From Planctomycetota bacterium (GTDB taxonomy: Bacteria; Planctomycetota; Phycisphaerae; Tepidisphaerales; Tepidisphaeraceae), in assembly GCA_038746835.1 (NCBI GenBank), contig JBCDKH010000002.1, positions 1,624-65,623 on the forward strand: a stretch of DNA of 64,000 nt. The letters run 5' to 3'. Within the stretch, counting starts at the first letter, position 1. Each line of letters begins with the position of its first letter. The notes under the pieces were generated by a model. It saw nothing but the letters and a program-made list of their open reading frames with translations, was not told the origin of the DNA and did not search any database. Made by a program: the position numbers and the translations under genes. Below are positions 9,883 to 18,513 of the stretch, piece by piece.

Positions 9883-10410
9883 ATGGCTAAGGGCAGAGAT
9901 CACTCAGAAATGGACCGGTTGGACAACGTGCAGGGGCCCGAGTCACAGCTCGATCAATGGCAGCGACGTCGCGTGCTAGCGATCGCCTCGGCCGGCGGAC
10001 ACTGGGTCCAACTGCTTCGCCTGATGCCGGCCTTCGCGCGGCACGACGTCGTCTTCGCATCGACGCGTGATTGGTGCGCTGCCGATTGCGGCAACGCGCG
10101 GTTCGAGCTCGTGCCCGATTCGAGTCGTTGGAACAAGCTCAAGCTCGTCTGGTCGCTTGCATGCATCGCCATGCTTGTTGCGCGGTTGCGGCCTGAAGTG
10201 ATTGTGACGACTGGCGCGGCCCCCGGCTTTTTCGCACTTCGTCTCGGCCAGCTGTTCGGTGCCCGCACGATTTGGGTCGACAGCATCGCGAACGCTGAGA
10301 AGCTGTCCAACTCCGGAGCGAATATCGGCAGGCACGCATCCCTCTGGCTCACGCAGTGGCCGCACCTTGCTGGTGCGGATGGGCCGTCATTCGAGGGGCG
10401 GGTGATATGA
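9883..10410 (+). CDS. Alg14-like membrane-anchor subunit of a split glycosyltransferase (PssD/Cps14F-type)
   Basis: 175-aa ORF. Motifs ..LAIASAGGHWVQLLRL.. and ..VIVTTGAAPGFFALRLGQLFGARTIWVDSIAN... Its stop overlaps the next start (ATGA, 10407-10410). Confidence 0.75.
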   Translation: MAKGRDHSEMDRLDNVQGPESQLDQWQRRRVLAIASAGGHWVQLLRLMPAFARHDVVFASTRDWCAADCGNARFELVPDSSRWNKLKLVWSLACIAMLVARLRPEVIVTTGAAPGFFALRLGQLFGARTIWVDSIANAEKLSNSGANIGRHASLWLTQWPHLAGADGPSFEGRVI

Positions 10411-11078
10411 GCCTCGACGCCAGCAATCCCTGCCGCATCTTCGTCACGGTCGGAACCCAGGTCGCGTTCGATCGTCTGATCACGGCCGTGGATGAGTTCG
10501 CCCAGGAACGTGATCTCGACGGCGTTTTCGCACAGATCGGCCCGGCCGCTAGCAGTCCGAGTCGCATCGACCATGCTCCGTTCGTCAGCTCCGACGAGTG
10601 CCGCCGGCTCGTCGATGAGGCGGACTTCGTTGTCGCCCACGCGGGCATGGGCTCGATCATCTCGACGCTCCAGGCGGGCAAGCAGATCATCGTCATGCCG
10701 CGGAAGGCGTCGCTTGGCGAACATCGCAACGAGCACCAGCGCGACACCGTCGGACGCCTTGCGGATCTGCCGGGAGTGCACGTCTGTCACGACGAAGCGA
10801 GCCTGAAGTCCAAGATGGCCGAGCTGCTCGAAGCGTCGCACGAAGCGATCGGCGTTGCAGGCGAGGCCCAGCCAGAGCTGCTCGACGCGCTCGAGTCGTT
10901 CGTCGACGCACCGGCGGACGCCGGCAGCGTTGTGGGTTCGTCTGGCGGGACGACATCGAAGCTTGTTGACCGAATCGTGCCGGCGACGCTGAAGCCGATT
11001 CGTGCGGCACGGAAGCTCGTGCGTCGAGCGCCCGAGAAGGTGTCGCGTTCGCCAGCCAAGGTGGCCGCGGTGACTTGA
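10407..11078 (+). CDS. Alg13-like catalytic subunit (Glyco_tran_28_C type; PssE/Cps14G-type) with a basic C-terminal extension
   Basis: Within ORF 10356..11078, ATG 10407. Motifs ..IFVTVGTQVAFDRL.. and ..VVAHAGMGSIISTLQAGKQIIVMPR... About 65 extra C-terminal residues rich in Arg/Lys. Confidence 0.75.
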   Translation: MSLDASNPCRIFVTVGTQVAFDRLITAVDEFAQERDLDGVFAQIGPAASSPSRIDHAPFVSSDECRRLVDEADFVVAHAGMGSIISTLQAGKQIIVMPRKASLGEHRNEHQRDTVGRLADLPGVHVCHDEASLKSKMAELLEASHEAIGVAGEAQPELLDALESFVDAPADAGSVVGSSGGTTSKLVDRIVPATLKPIRAARKLVRRAPEKVSRSPAKVAAVT

Positions 11079-11141
11079 CAGAGTGGCGACTGAGTGGCAT
11101 CGAGACGTTGGTCGGTCGCCGCCAGTCGCAAAGCCACACTC

Positions 11142-12101
11142 ATGAGCGCACCTCAAGAACAAGCCTCGACCGTCTCGCTCGGCCGTCTCGCGGACGTCGA
11201 CCTTTTGCCTGCGCGCGACGAGCAGTCCCGCTCCTGGGCAACATCAATCGGCACGTTCGGCAGCGTCTCTTGGATTCGCGGCCTGTCACTCCTTCGCGGC
11301 GGCAGCAAACCGCATCCGCTGTGTGGCTTGCTCGAGCGGCCAATCCTGACCTTGCCCATCTCGCCGACGAAGCGGATCAGCGACCTGTGGGTCGAGTTCG
11401 CCGACACCATCGGCCTTCCTGAATCCCGGGCGATTGACGTTCTCGCTCCACACGTCGCCCCGCCGCTGAGCAAGACCAGCCCGGAAGTCTCGGGCCGACT
11501 TCGGCTCGTGCCAGACCGCTCCTCGTATCGCGGCACCGCGGGCCTGCTCCGCGATGCCCACGTTGACGAAGGTGATCCGTCTGATTGGCTTTTGGTTTCC
11601 CTCGGCCGGCACGCCCCGCTCGCACACTCGGCCGCGATCATCGCGACGCTCGACGAGCCCAAGCGCAACAAAGACGTCGTGCTGCTGCATGCGGACGGCG
11701 TGCTGACGGGCACGTGGCTCATCCGGCGTCGCACCCTCGAAAGTGTGCCGAGTCGGGGTTATGTCGACTTTGCCGAACAGCACGTCTCGCGCGTCTCGGC
11801 TGATGGCGGTCTAGCCGTCATCAATGTCCAGCGGCCGCTCCTGCAGCCGATTCGATCGCTCGACGCGTATCTCAATCTCGCTGCGGCGCATGCGACGGAC
11901 ACGGAAGACCGGGCCGAAGGTGCACCGCGATTCGGTTTCATCGAAGGCCAGACGTCGGTGCCTGCGTCGGTTCGACTGCTGGACTCCATCGTCCTGAAGG
12001 GCGCGAAGCTGCCTGCCCGCTGCACGGTTGTCCGCAGCGTAATCGGACGACACGCGGTGGTTCGTCCGGGTGAAACCATCCTCCACCGCACGCACGTCTG
12101 A
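11142..12101 (+). CDS. Hypothetical protein; possibly a degenerate sugar-phosphate nucleotidyltransferase-like fold (no nucleotide loop seen)
   Basis: Within ORF 11094..12101 (ATG 11142 chosen). The C-terminal third looks like a left-handed beta-helix (VRLLDSIVLKGAKLPARCTVVRSVIGRHAVVRPGETI). No GxGTRL-type loop is visible. The coding call rests on length and operon position. Confidence 0.6.
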   Translation: MSAPQEQASTVSLGRLADVDLLPARDEQSRSWATSIGTFGSVSWIRGLSLLRGGSKPHPLCGLLERPILTLPISPTKRISDLWVEFADTIGLPESRAIDVLAPHVAPPLSKTSPEVSGRLRLVPDRSSYRGTAGLLRDAHVDEGDPSDWLLVSLGRHAPLAHSAAIIATLDEPKRNKDVVLLHADGVLTGTWLIRRRTLESVPSRGYVDFAEQHVSRVSADGGLAVINVQRPLLQPIRSLDAYLNLAAAHATDTEDRAEGAPRFGFIEGQTSVPASVRLLDSIVLKGAKLPARCTVVRSVIGRHAVVRPGETILHRTHV

Positions 12102-12189
12102 TCAGCGCTGAATCATCGTTTTGACTTGGCGTCGCACCAACAGGCCAGTTCATCCAGCCCATGACGCTGACGCGATCTGAGACCTCCGA

Positions 12190-14451
12190 TTGACAGTCGC
12201 AGCTCCAGCGTTCATAACCCAAACGGATTCCATTCAAGTGCAAACGCTCCCTGTTCCATCGCCATCAGGCCACTCGTCGACGGACGATGCGGAATCCACG
12301 GCCCTCGGTCCGTCGCGAATGCAGAGGCCGTCCGAATCGGGGCCTCGTGCGCCGATGTCGCCGTTGCAGATCGTCCACCGCTTGCTGTCGGGTCGGTATC
12401 TGCTCGTGATTCTGGCGGCTTTGGTGCTCGGCGGTGGCTTTGCAGCACTCGGCTACTCGATGGGAACGCGGACGTACTCGTCCGCGGGCATCCTTCGCGT
12501 CAAGGCGTACCTGCCGCGGCTTGTCAGCGACATCGAAGGCAACGGCCAGATGCCGTCGTACGAAGCCACCATGACGGTGCTGCGCGAGGAGATTCGTGCA
12601 GATGACATCATGCGCGATGCGGCCGGCCGGCTTGAAGAAGACGGTTTCGCAACGGACAAGGCGCAACTGCGCGAGAGCCTCGTCGTCGGCCGCGGCAAGC
12701 GGAGCGAGATGATCGAGGTCGAGTCTTCCGCCTCCGATCGGGCCGAGGCAGTCGCGCGGGTCAACGCGGTGATAGCGACGTTTTCGGACAGCTACCGCGA
12801 TTCCGCCGCCGAAGAACGCGAGACACGCCTGGGCATGCTGGCCGATCGCGAGTCCAAGCTTCGCGAGGAGATCGCCAGCTTGCGCGATTCGATCAGCCAG
12901 ACGTACAGCTACGACGGTGCCCTGAGCGACGACGTCTGGAGCAACGCGCTTGCCGCGTCAGCGAGCTTGGAAAGCCAGCGCCGCAACCTCGAGCTCGCCA
13001 TCGTCGCCGCCTCGGCGATGCCGCAGCCGACCGAGGCCGAGCTGTTGGATACGACCGACGTTGCCTCCGACCTGGCCCGTCGGATCGCCGCCAAGCGGCT
13101 CGAGCTGCTCGACGCGCAGTCGTCGTTCGGCGACCAGCATCCGACGGTCGTGCGCCTGAGCGGTCAGCTCGACGTGCTTCGCCGCGCAGCCGCGCAGGAA
13201 GACGGATTGGCGGAATCGCAGGAGACCACCGCGGTCCGGGACAATCCGGAGACCTCGACAGGCACGGGTCCCGTCGCCGAGGCTCGCCGGCTCGCGGCCA
13301 TGGTCGGGCCCGAGGCCTATTTGCCGGCTCTGGAGTCGCAGCTCGAACATGTCGAGCAACTCGCGTCCGCGGCGACGGCTCGCGTTGCCGACCTCCGCAC
13401 GCGTCGTGATGCGGCCGAGCCAGACCGTGCCCGCTTGGACACGCTGTCTGCCGAAGCCGACGAGTTGGCCCGGGCCTACGCCAAGCTCGAACGCGAGCCC
13501 TCCTCGTCAGAACGGCTCGAAATCCTCTCGCCGGCACGTTCGGCCAGAGTTGAATCGGACACACGGCTCAAGTCCGGCGCTGCCGGAGGCGTTGTCGGCG
13601 CCGGGCTTGGCTTCATGATGGTCCTGGGCTTCTCGGCACTGCGTCGGCGTGTCGACGGTCCGGGTCACGTGGCCGAACTCGTCGAGCCGCTGCCGATGCT
13701 CGGGACACAGCCGCACTTGGGCTCGGGCGGAGCCGACGCCGGTGCCGCAGAGGCGATCCACCGTGCCCGCGGTCGGCTGCAGATCGAGATGCAGCGGCAC
13801 GGCGCGCAGACCGTCTGCGTCACGGGCGGTGAGATCGGCAGCGGCAAAACCAGCGTCTCGTTCGGCCTGGCCTGTAGCTTTGCTTCCAGCAGGCAAGAGG
13901 TCCTCATCATCGACGGCGACCTCGCCGGCCGGGGCATGACCAACCGGTTGAACGTCGTCGAAAACCAGCAGGCAACCGCCGAGGTCGCGACCGCCGAGGT
14001 GACGCCTGACATGTCGATCTATGACGTGCTGCGTGGCGACGCGGAGCTCCGGTCGTGCATCTACGAGTCGCGTGTGCCGGGCGTCTGGGTGCTCTCCGGC
14101 GGCGACGAGCACCGCCCCGCCGACGCGTCGGCCGAGGCCGTTGCGCGGCTGATCGAAGAGGCCCGCTCGCTGTTCAAGGTTGTGATCGTCGACACAGGCC
14201 CGCTCATGGGCGCGACCGAAGCCCCGCTGTTCGCGCAGCAGTGCGACCTGACCGTCCTCTGCACGGCACGCGGCGATCGGTCGGACATCGTCCAACGTGC
14301 CGCCGCCGAGCTTCGTCAGATCGGCAGCCGTGTCGCGGGCGTGATTTTCAATCGTGCGTCTCGCCGCGATGCGGTCCACACGAGCGGCGTTCGACCCCGC
14401 CTGCCGCGTAACCAGCGACTCGTTGCCTTCGACTCCGTTCTCCGCGACTGA
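12190..14451 (+). CDS. Polysaccharide co-polymerase (Wzz/GumC-like) fused to a BY-kinase-type P-loop ATPase domain
   Basis: 753-aa ORF. Wzz-like N-terminus with a TM (LLVILAALVLGGGFAALGY), a long helical region and a second TM (AAGGVVGAGLGFMMVLGF). Walker A is GGEIGSGKTS, A' is LIIDGDLAGRG and B is VVIVDTGP. There is no Tyr in the last ~95 residues. The TTG 12190 start is uncertain (ATG 12319). Confidence 0.85.
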   Translation: MTVAAPAFITQTDSIQVQTLPVPSPSGHSSTDDAESTALGPSRMQRPSESGPRAPMSPLQIVHRLLSGRYLLVILAALVLGGGFAALGYSMGTRTYSSAGILRVKAYLPRLVSDIEGNGQMPSYEATMTVLREEIRADDIMRDAAGRLEEDGFATDKAQLRESLVVGRGKRSEMIEVESSASDRAEAVARVNAVIATFSDSYRDSAAEERETRLGMLADRESKLREEIASLRDSISQTYSYDGALSDDVWSNALAASASLESQRRNLELAIVAASAMPQPTEAELLDTTDVASDLARRIAAKRLELLDAQSSFGDQHPTVVRLSGQLDVLRRAAAQEDGLAESQETTAVRDNPETSTGTGPVAEARRLAAMVGPEAYLPALESQLEHVEQLASAATARVADLRTRRDAAEPDRARLDTLSAEADELARAYAKLEREPSSSERLEILSPARSARVESDTRLKSGAAGGVVGAGLGFMMVLGFSALRRRVDGPGHVAELVEPLPMLGTQPHLGSGGADAGAAEAIHRARGRLQIEMQRHGAQTVCVTGGEIGSGKTSVSFGLACSFASSRQEVLIIDGDLAGRGMTNRLNVVENQQATAEVATAEVTPDMSIYDVLRGDAELRSCIYESRVPGVWVLSGGDEHRPADASAEAVARLIEEARSLFKVVIVDTGPLMGATEAPLFAQQCDLTVLCTARGDRSDIVQRAAAELRQIGSRVAGVIFNRASRRDAVHTSGVRPRLPRNQRLVAFDSVLRD

Positions 14452-14474
14452 CCCGTCCTAGCCGCCATGCGTCC

Positions 14475-16160
14475 ATGGAGGACTCCACGCCGCGACAACC
14501 TCCCGCACCAGCGCGACGACGGCTCGATCGTGAGCCGCAGACCGGCCAGCCCGTGAACAAGCGGGGCCGGGCCAAGTCGCTCGAACAGAGCATCCTCGAC
14601 GGCGATCCGATTGGCGACTCGAGCGCCGGCATCGGCTTCGATGCCAGGGACATCGACGGGTTCGAGCGCGTCCTTGCAAGCGACGGGCTCAACGGCAGTT
14701 CCAATTCCGGTAACGGCCGACTTCCGAGACGGCTTTGGGGCTGGACCGTCGTCGAACTGCACGACTTGCTCTGGCAGACGAGCCGCGTCGCCGTCATTCG
14801 ACGCGGCAGCGAGGTGCCCAAGGCACGTGACTACCTCCTTCTGCCCGACGACGCACTGGTCTTGTTCGATCCCGACTTCGTTCGGCGACTCCGCGGTAGT
14901 GCCACGCTGGCCGCGGTCGTGCTCGACGAGGTCTCGGAAGAGGACGGCCCGGCAGACATGCTCCGGTTCGATGCCGAAGGCGTCGCGCACGTACGTCGCC
15001 TCTATCGGCACACACGCTTTGCTTCCGGACGCGTCGCGATCACGTCGAGCCAGAGGCTTGCCCAGACGTGGGCGCAGTCGGCCGAAGGCAGCTCGGTCTG
15101 GCGTGTTCTGAGTCGCCGCGCCAGAACGCAGGGCATTGCCCGAATCACCGCGAAGGGCAGGCGATTCGACGCGACGAACCACAGCGAGGCCGATCAGTTC
15201 GTCCGGGAGCTGATGCTTCGCGGCGTCGAACCGTCAGAACTCGTCGCGAATCTCGTCGAGGTGCGTGAGAACCTGTTCGCACCCAGCGACGCACGGATCG
15301 ATCCGCGGTCGAGCGTGTATCACCAGATTTGGCTGGGCCGCGGGCACTCGGTCGCGTCGGAGAACGTGCTCATCGGGCCGATCGTGCTGTGGGATCTGCC
15401 CGAGTGGCACGGAAAGCCACCGCTTCCGATGCGGGATCGTCCGCGACGACGCGTCGCGGGCCCGCTCAACGCGTCGTTCAATCGCAAGCGTCGCTCGATC
15501 TACCACTATGTGAAGCGGTGCATCGACGCAGTCGGCGCGGTGATCGGGCTCGCGATCACGCTGCCGTTCTACCCGCTGATCATGCTGGCGATCTGGCTGG
15601 ACGACGGCTCGCCCTTCTTCTTCAGCCATCGCCGCCAGGGCCTGGATGGCAAGCCGTTCTGGTGCCACAAGTTCCGGACGATGTGCAAGGACGCCGACGC
15701 CATCAAGCAGCGGATTCAGGAAGAGAACGAGTCGGACGGCCCGCAGTTCCACATGGCTTTCGACCCGCGGCTGACGCGTGTCGGCCGGTTCCTCCGGGCC
15801 ATCGACGCCGACGAGTGGCCGCAGCTGTTCAACGTGCTGCTCGGCGAGATGTCGTTCGTCGGACCAAGGCCAAGCCCCGCAGAGGAGAACCGGTGCTGTC
15901 CGGTCTGGCGTGACGCTCGCCTCTCGGTGCGACCTGGCATCACGGGTCTCTGGCAGATCCGTCGCACCCGCGAGGAAGGGCTCGACTTCCAGGAGTGGAT
16001 TCGCTTCGACCTCGAATATGCGAAGAAGATCGGCCCGCTCACGGACCTGAGGATTCTGATCGAGACGTTCTTCCTGACGAACAAGAAGGTCCTCATGACC
16101 GCTGCGAGTCTTCCCGCGAAGGTTGTTCGCCGACTAACGCGCAGGAGGGCCGCGGCTTGA
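14475..16160 (+). CDS. Polyprenyl-phosphate priming sugar transferase (bacterial sugar transferase family) with a long soluble N-terminal domain
   Basis: 561-aa ORF. The C-terminal ~220 aa has a single TM (AVGAVIGLAITLPFYPLIMLAIWL) plus ..SPFFFSHRRQGLDGKPFWCHKFRTM.., ..LFNVLLGEMSFVGPRP.. and ..RPGITGLWQI... The N-terminal ~335 aa has no TM and no motif I can assign. Confidence 0.85.
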   Translation: MEDSTPRQPPAPARRRLDREPQTGQPVNKRGRAKSLEQSILDGDPIGDSSAGIGFDARDIDGFERVLASDGLNGSSNSGNGRLPRRLWGWTVVELHDLLWQTSRVAVIRRGSEVPKARDYLLLPDDALVLFDPDFVRRLRGSATLAAVVLDEVSEEDGPADMLRFDAEGVAHVRRLYRHTRFASGRVAITSSQRLAQTWAQSAEGSSVWRVLSRRARTQGIARITAKGRRFDATNHSEADQFVRELMLRGVEPSELVANLVEVRENLFAPSDARIDPRSSVYHQIWLGRGHSVASENVLIGPIVLWDLPEWHGKPPLPMRDRPRRRVAGPLNASFNRKRRSIYHYVKRCIDAVGAVIGLAITLPFYPLIMLAIWLDDGSPFFFSHRRQGLDGKPFWCHKFRTMCKDADAIKQRIQEENESDGPQFHMAFDPRLTRVGRFLRAIDADEWPQLFNVLLGEMSFVGPRPSPAEENRCCPVWRDARLSVRPGITGLWQIRRTREEGLDFQEWIRFDLEYAKKIGPLTDLRILIETFFLTNKKVLMTAASLPAKVVRRLTRRRAAA

Positions 16161-17119
16161 GCACGGTCGCGTCGCCACACGTCGTCGTCGCCATCGCGGC
16201 CTACAACGCCGGGCCCTACCTCGTGCCCGCGATACGCAGCGCGTTGGAGCAGACCTACCACCGATTCAGCGTCGTGGTCGTCGACGACGGGGGGACGGAC
16301 GGCTCCGTCGACGAGGCGATGCAGCAGCTCTCCGACCCGCGGCTTCGCGTCATTCGCCAGGAGAACGCCGGCAAGTCGGCAGCGCTCAACCGCGTGCTCG
16401 ACGAGGCGGACGGCGACTTCCTCTGCATCCTCGACTCCGACGACATCGCTCACCCGGAACGGCTCGCACGTCTCGTCGAAGAGGTTCGCCGTCATCCGGA
16501 TGTCGGGGGCGTGATGAGCGGGTTCGAGCTAATCCTGAACGACGGGCCGGCCGTCGCTCCGCTCTCTGAAGCCAAGGACGAAGCGCGTTGCGCCCGCGAC
16601 GTCGAGCACTATCGCATGCCAAGTCACGACCCGACGTTGATGGTCCGCATGGACCTGGCCAAGCGGCTGCGGTTCGATCCGGAGCTCCAGGTCGGCCAGG
16701 GCTACGACTTCATCCTGCGACTCGGCGAGCAGTGGCCGATTCGCGTCGTGCCCGACGTGCTCTACGGCTACCGCGTCCGCAGCGGATCGGCGACGCGGTC
16801 CAACGTCGTCAAACGCGTCGGCCTGCAGCACGATGTCGCCCGACGCGCTGCCATCCGTCGTGGCCTGGTCGCGACGGAGGAAATCCCGGTCGTCGAGCTC
16901 GACGAGAAGAAGCTGAGCAATCGCCGGCGGGATAACAACCTCGCCAATCACTTCACCGCCAGCGTCCGGCAACTCCGCTTCGCCGGTCGATCGATTGCGG
17001 CGATTCGGACGGCGCTGCGGTGCATTCGACTCCAGCCGCGCGACCCGCTGTACTACCGCCCGTTCGTTCTGGCCGCCCTGCCGCTGCCGTTGCTCCGGAG
17101 GGTCGTTCGCCAGCGTTGA
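16157..17119 (+). CDS. GT2-family glycosyltransferase
   Basis: Within ORF 15995..17119. TTG 16157 overlaps the previous stop (TTGA) with GGAGGG ~8 nt upstream. Motifs VVVAIAAYNAGPYLVPAIRSAL, VVVVDDGGTDGS and ILDSDDIAHPERL. Confidence 0.8.
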   Translation: MSTVASPHVVVAIAAYNAGPYLVPAIRSALEQTYHRFSVVVVDDGGTDGSVDEAMQQLSDPRLRVIRQENAGKSAALNRVLDEADGDFLCILDSDDIAHPERLARLVEEVRRHPDVGGVMSGFELILNDGPAVAPLSEAKDEARCARDVEHYRMPSHDPTLMVRMDLAKRLRFDPELQVGQGYDFILRLGEQWPIRVVPDVLYGYRVRSGSATRSNVVKRVGLQHDVARRAAIRRGLVATEEIPVVELDEKKLSNRRRDNNLANHFTASVRQLRFAGRSIAAIRTALRCIRLQPRDPLYYRPFVLAALPLPLLRRVVRQR

Positions 17120-17145
17120 GCCGTGCCTCGACCGACAAACCCATC

Positions 17146-18513
17146 ATGGAAGAAGGCGCCGAAGCCATCCGGAACATGACGACGCTCCACCCGCTCGGGT
17201 TGGCGGCGGTCGTGGTGGCGGGCGTGTCGATGCTGCTGGTTGACCGGCGCTACGTGCTCTGGCCAGTCATCGCGATCGTCTGCTTCGTCGCGAGCGCGCA
17301 GCGTGTCGTCATCTTTGGTGCCGACTTCACGTTCCTGCGGCTCATGGTCATGTGCGGGCTGATTCGGGCGTTGGCGTTCGAGCCGTGGCACAGGCCCAAG
17401 TGGAACCGGCTCGACATCATCGTCCTCCTCTGGGCGGCGGTCGCGTTCAGTTTTCCGCTGGTTCGCCTTGTGACGGGCGGCGGAGGCGATTTGATGAGCT
17501 CAGCGGTCTACCGGGCTGGTCAGACGTTCGACGCGGTCGGCATGTACTTCGTCTTCCGACTGCTGGTCCGCAGCTGGGACGATGCGTTGTCGGCCATCAA
17601 GGGTCTCACGCTGGCACTGATCGTGATGGCGCCGTTCTTCATCGCGGAGTGGCTGACGCGATTCAACGCCTTTTCCATCTTCGGCGGCGTGCCGGAGATG
17701 ACGATGATTCGCAACGATCGCTTGCGGTGTCAGGGCGCGTTCTCGCACCCGATTCTGGCCGGTTGTTTTGCTGCCAGTGCCCTGCCGTTGATTGCGGTGC
17801 AGTGGTGGGTCGGCGGATCGTCGCGGACGACGACGGTCATTGGCAGCTTGGCGTGTCTGGTCGTGGTCGTCGCGTGCGCGTCGTCGACGCCGGTGCTGGC
17901 GGTGCTGGCGGGCGTTCCGGCCTTTGGAATGTGGTGGTTCCGTCACCATGCGGCGTGGATTCGCTGGTCGATCTACGGCGGTCTCGTCGCGCTTCACATC
18001 GTGATGAACGCGCCGGTGTGGCACCTCATCTCGCGGGTCAGCGTCGTCGCCGGTGGCAGCTCATGGCACCGATACGCCCTGGTCGACGGGGCGATCACGC
18101 ACTGGCACGAGTGGTGGCTCATCGGAACCCGCGTCGGTAGTGCCCACTGGGGCCACTTCACGCAAGACGTCACCAACATGTACATCGTGCAGGGTCTCAG
18201 CGGCGGGCTTCTGCAGCTGTTGCTGTTCCTCACGCTCATCGGCTTCGCCTTTGGACGCGTCGGCCGACTCTGGCGCGGCGCGACGGATCGCCGGCACGAA
18301 TATCTCGCCTGGGCGTTGGGTGTTGCACTGTGGATGCACGCCGTGAATCACTTCGGCGTTGCGTACTTCGGGCAGGTGTGGATGGGTTGGTACTTCGTCC
18401 TCGCGATGCTCGGCGCGCTGCCACCCGTGGTTGCGACTTGGAAGACGAGCGTTCAGAGCGCATCTTCTGCGGCGTCCGATCCGCCCCGGCTCGTTCCGAC
18501 GCCCGCGACATGA
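17146..18513 (+). CDS. Wzy-like polysaccharide polymerase / O-antigen-ligase-family membrane protein
   Basis: Within ORF 17020..18513, ATG 17146. About 10 or more hydrophobic segments. Wzy_C-like stretches ..RLRCQGAFSHPILAGCFAASALPL.. and ..HWGHFTQDVTNMYIVQGLSGGLLQLLLFLTLIGF... Confidence 0.65.
   Translation: MEEGAEAIRNMTTLHPLGLAAVVVAGVSMLLVDRRYVLWPVIAIVCFVASAQRVVIFGADFTFLRLMVMCGLIRALAFEPWHRPKWNRLDIIVLLWAAVAFSFPLVRLVTGGGGDLMSSAVYRAGQTFDAVGMYFVFRLLVRSWDDALSAIKGLTLALIVMAPFFIAEWLTRFNAFSIFGGVPEMTMIRNDRLRCQGAFSHPILAGCFAASALPLIAVQWWVGGSSRTTTVIGSLACLVVVVACASSTPVLAVLAGVPAFGMWWFRHHAAWIRWSIYGGLVALHIVMNAPVWHLISRVSVVAGGSSWHRYALVDGAITHWHEWWLIGTRVGSAHWGHFTQDVTNMYIVQGLSGGLLQLLLFLTLIGFAFGRVGRLWRGATDRRHEYLAWALGVALWMHAVNHFGVAYFGQVWMGWYFVLAMLGALPPVVATWKTSVQSASSAASDPPRLVPTPAT

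Noticed and set aside
12102-12111. 10-bp palindrome TCAGCGCTGA followed by CGTTTT after the hypothetical gene, considered as an internal terminator.
   Set aside because: The stem is too short (4-5 bp effective) to call a terminator. It may be incidental.
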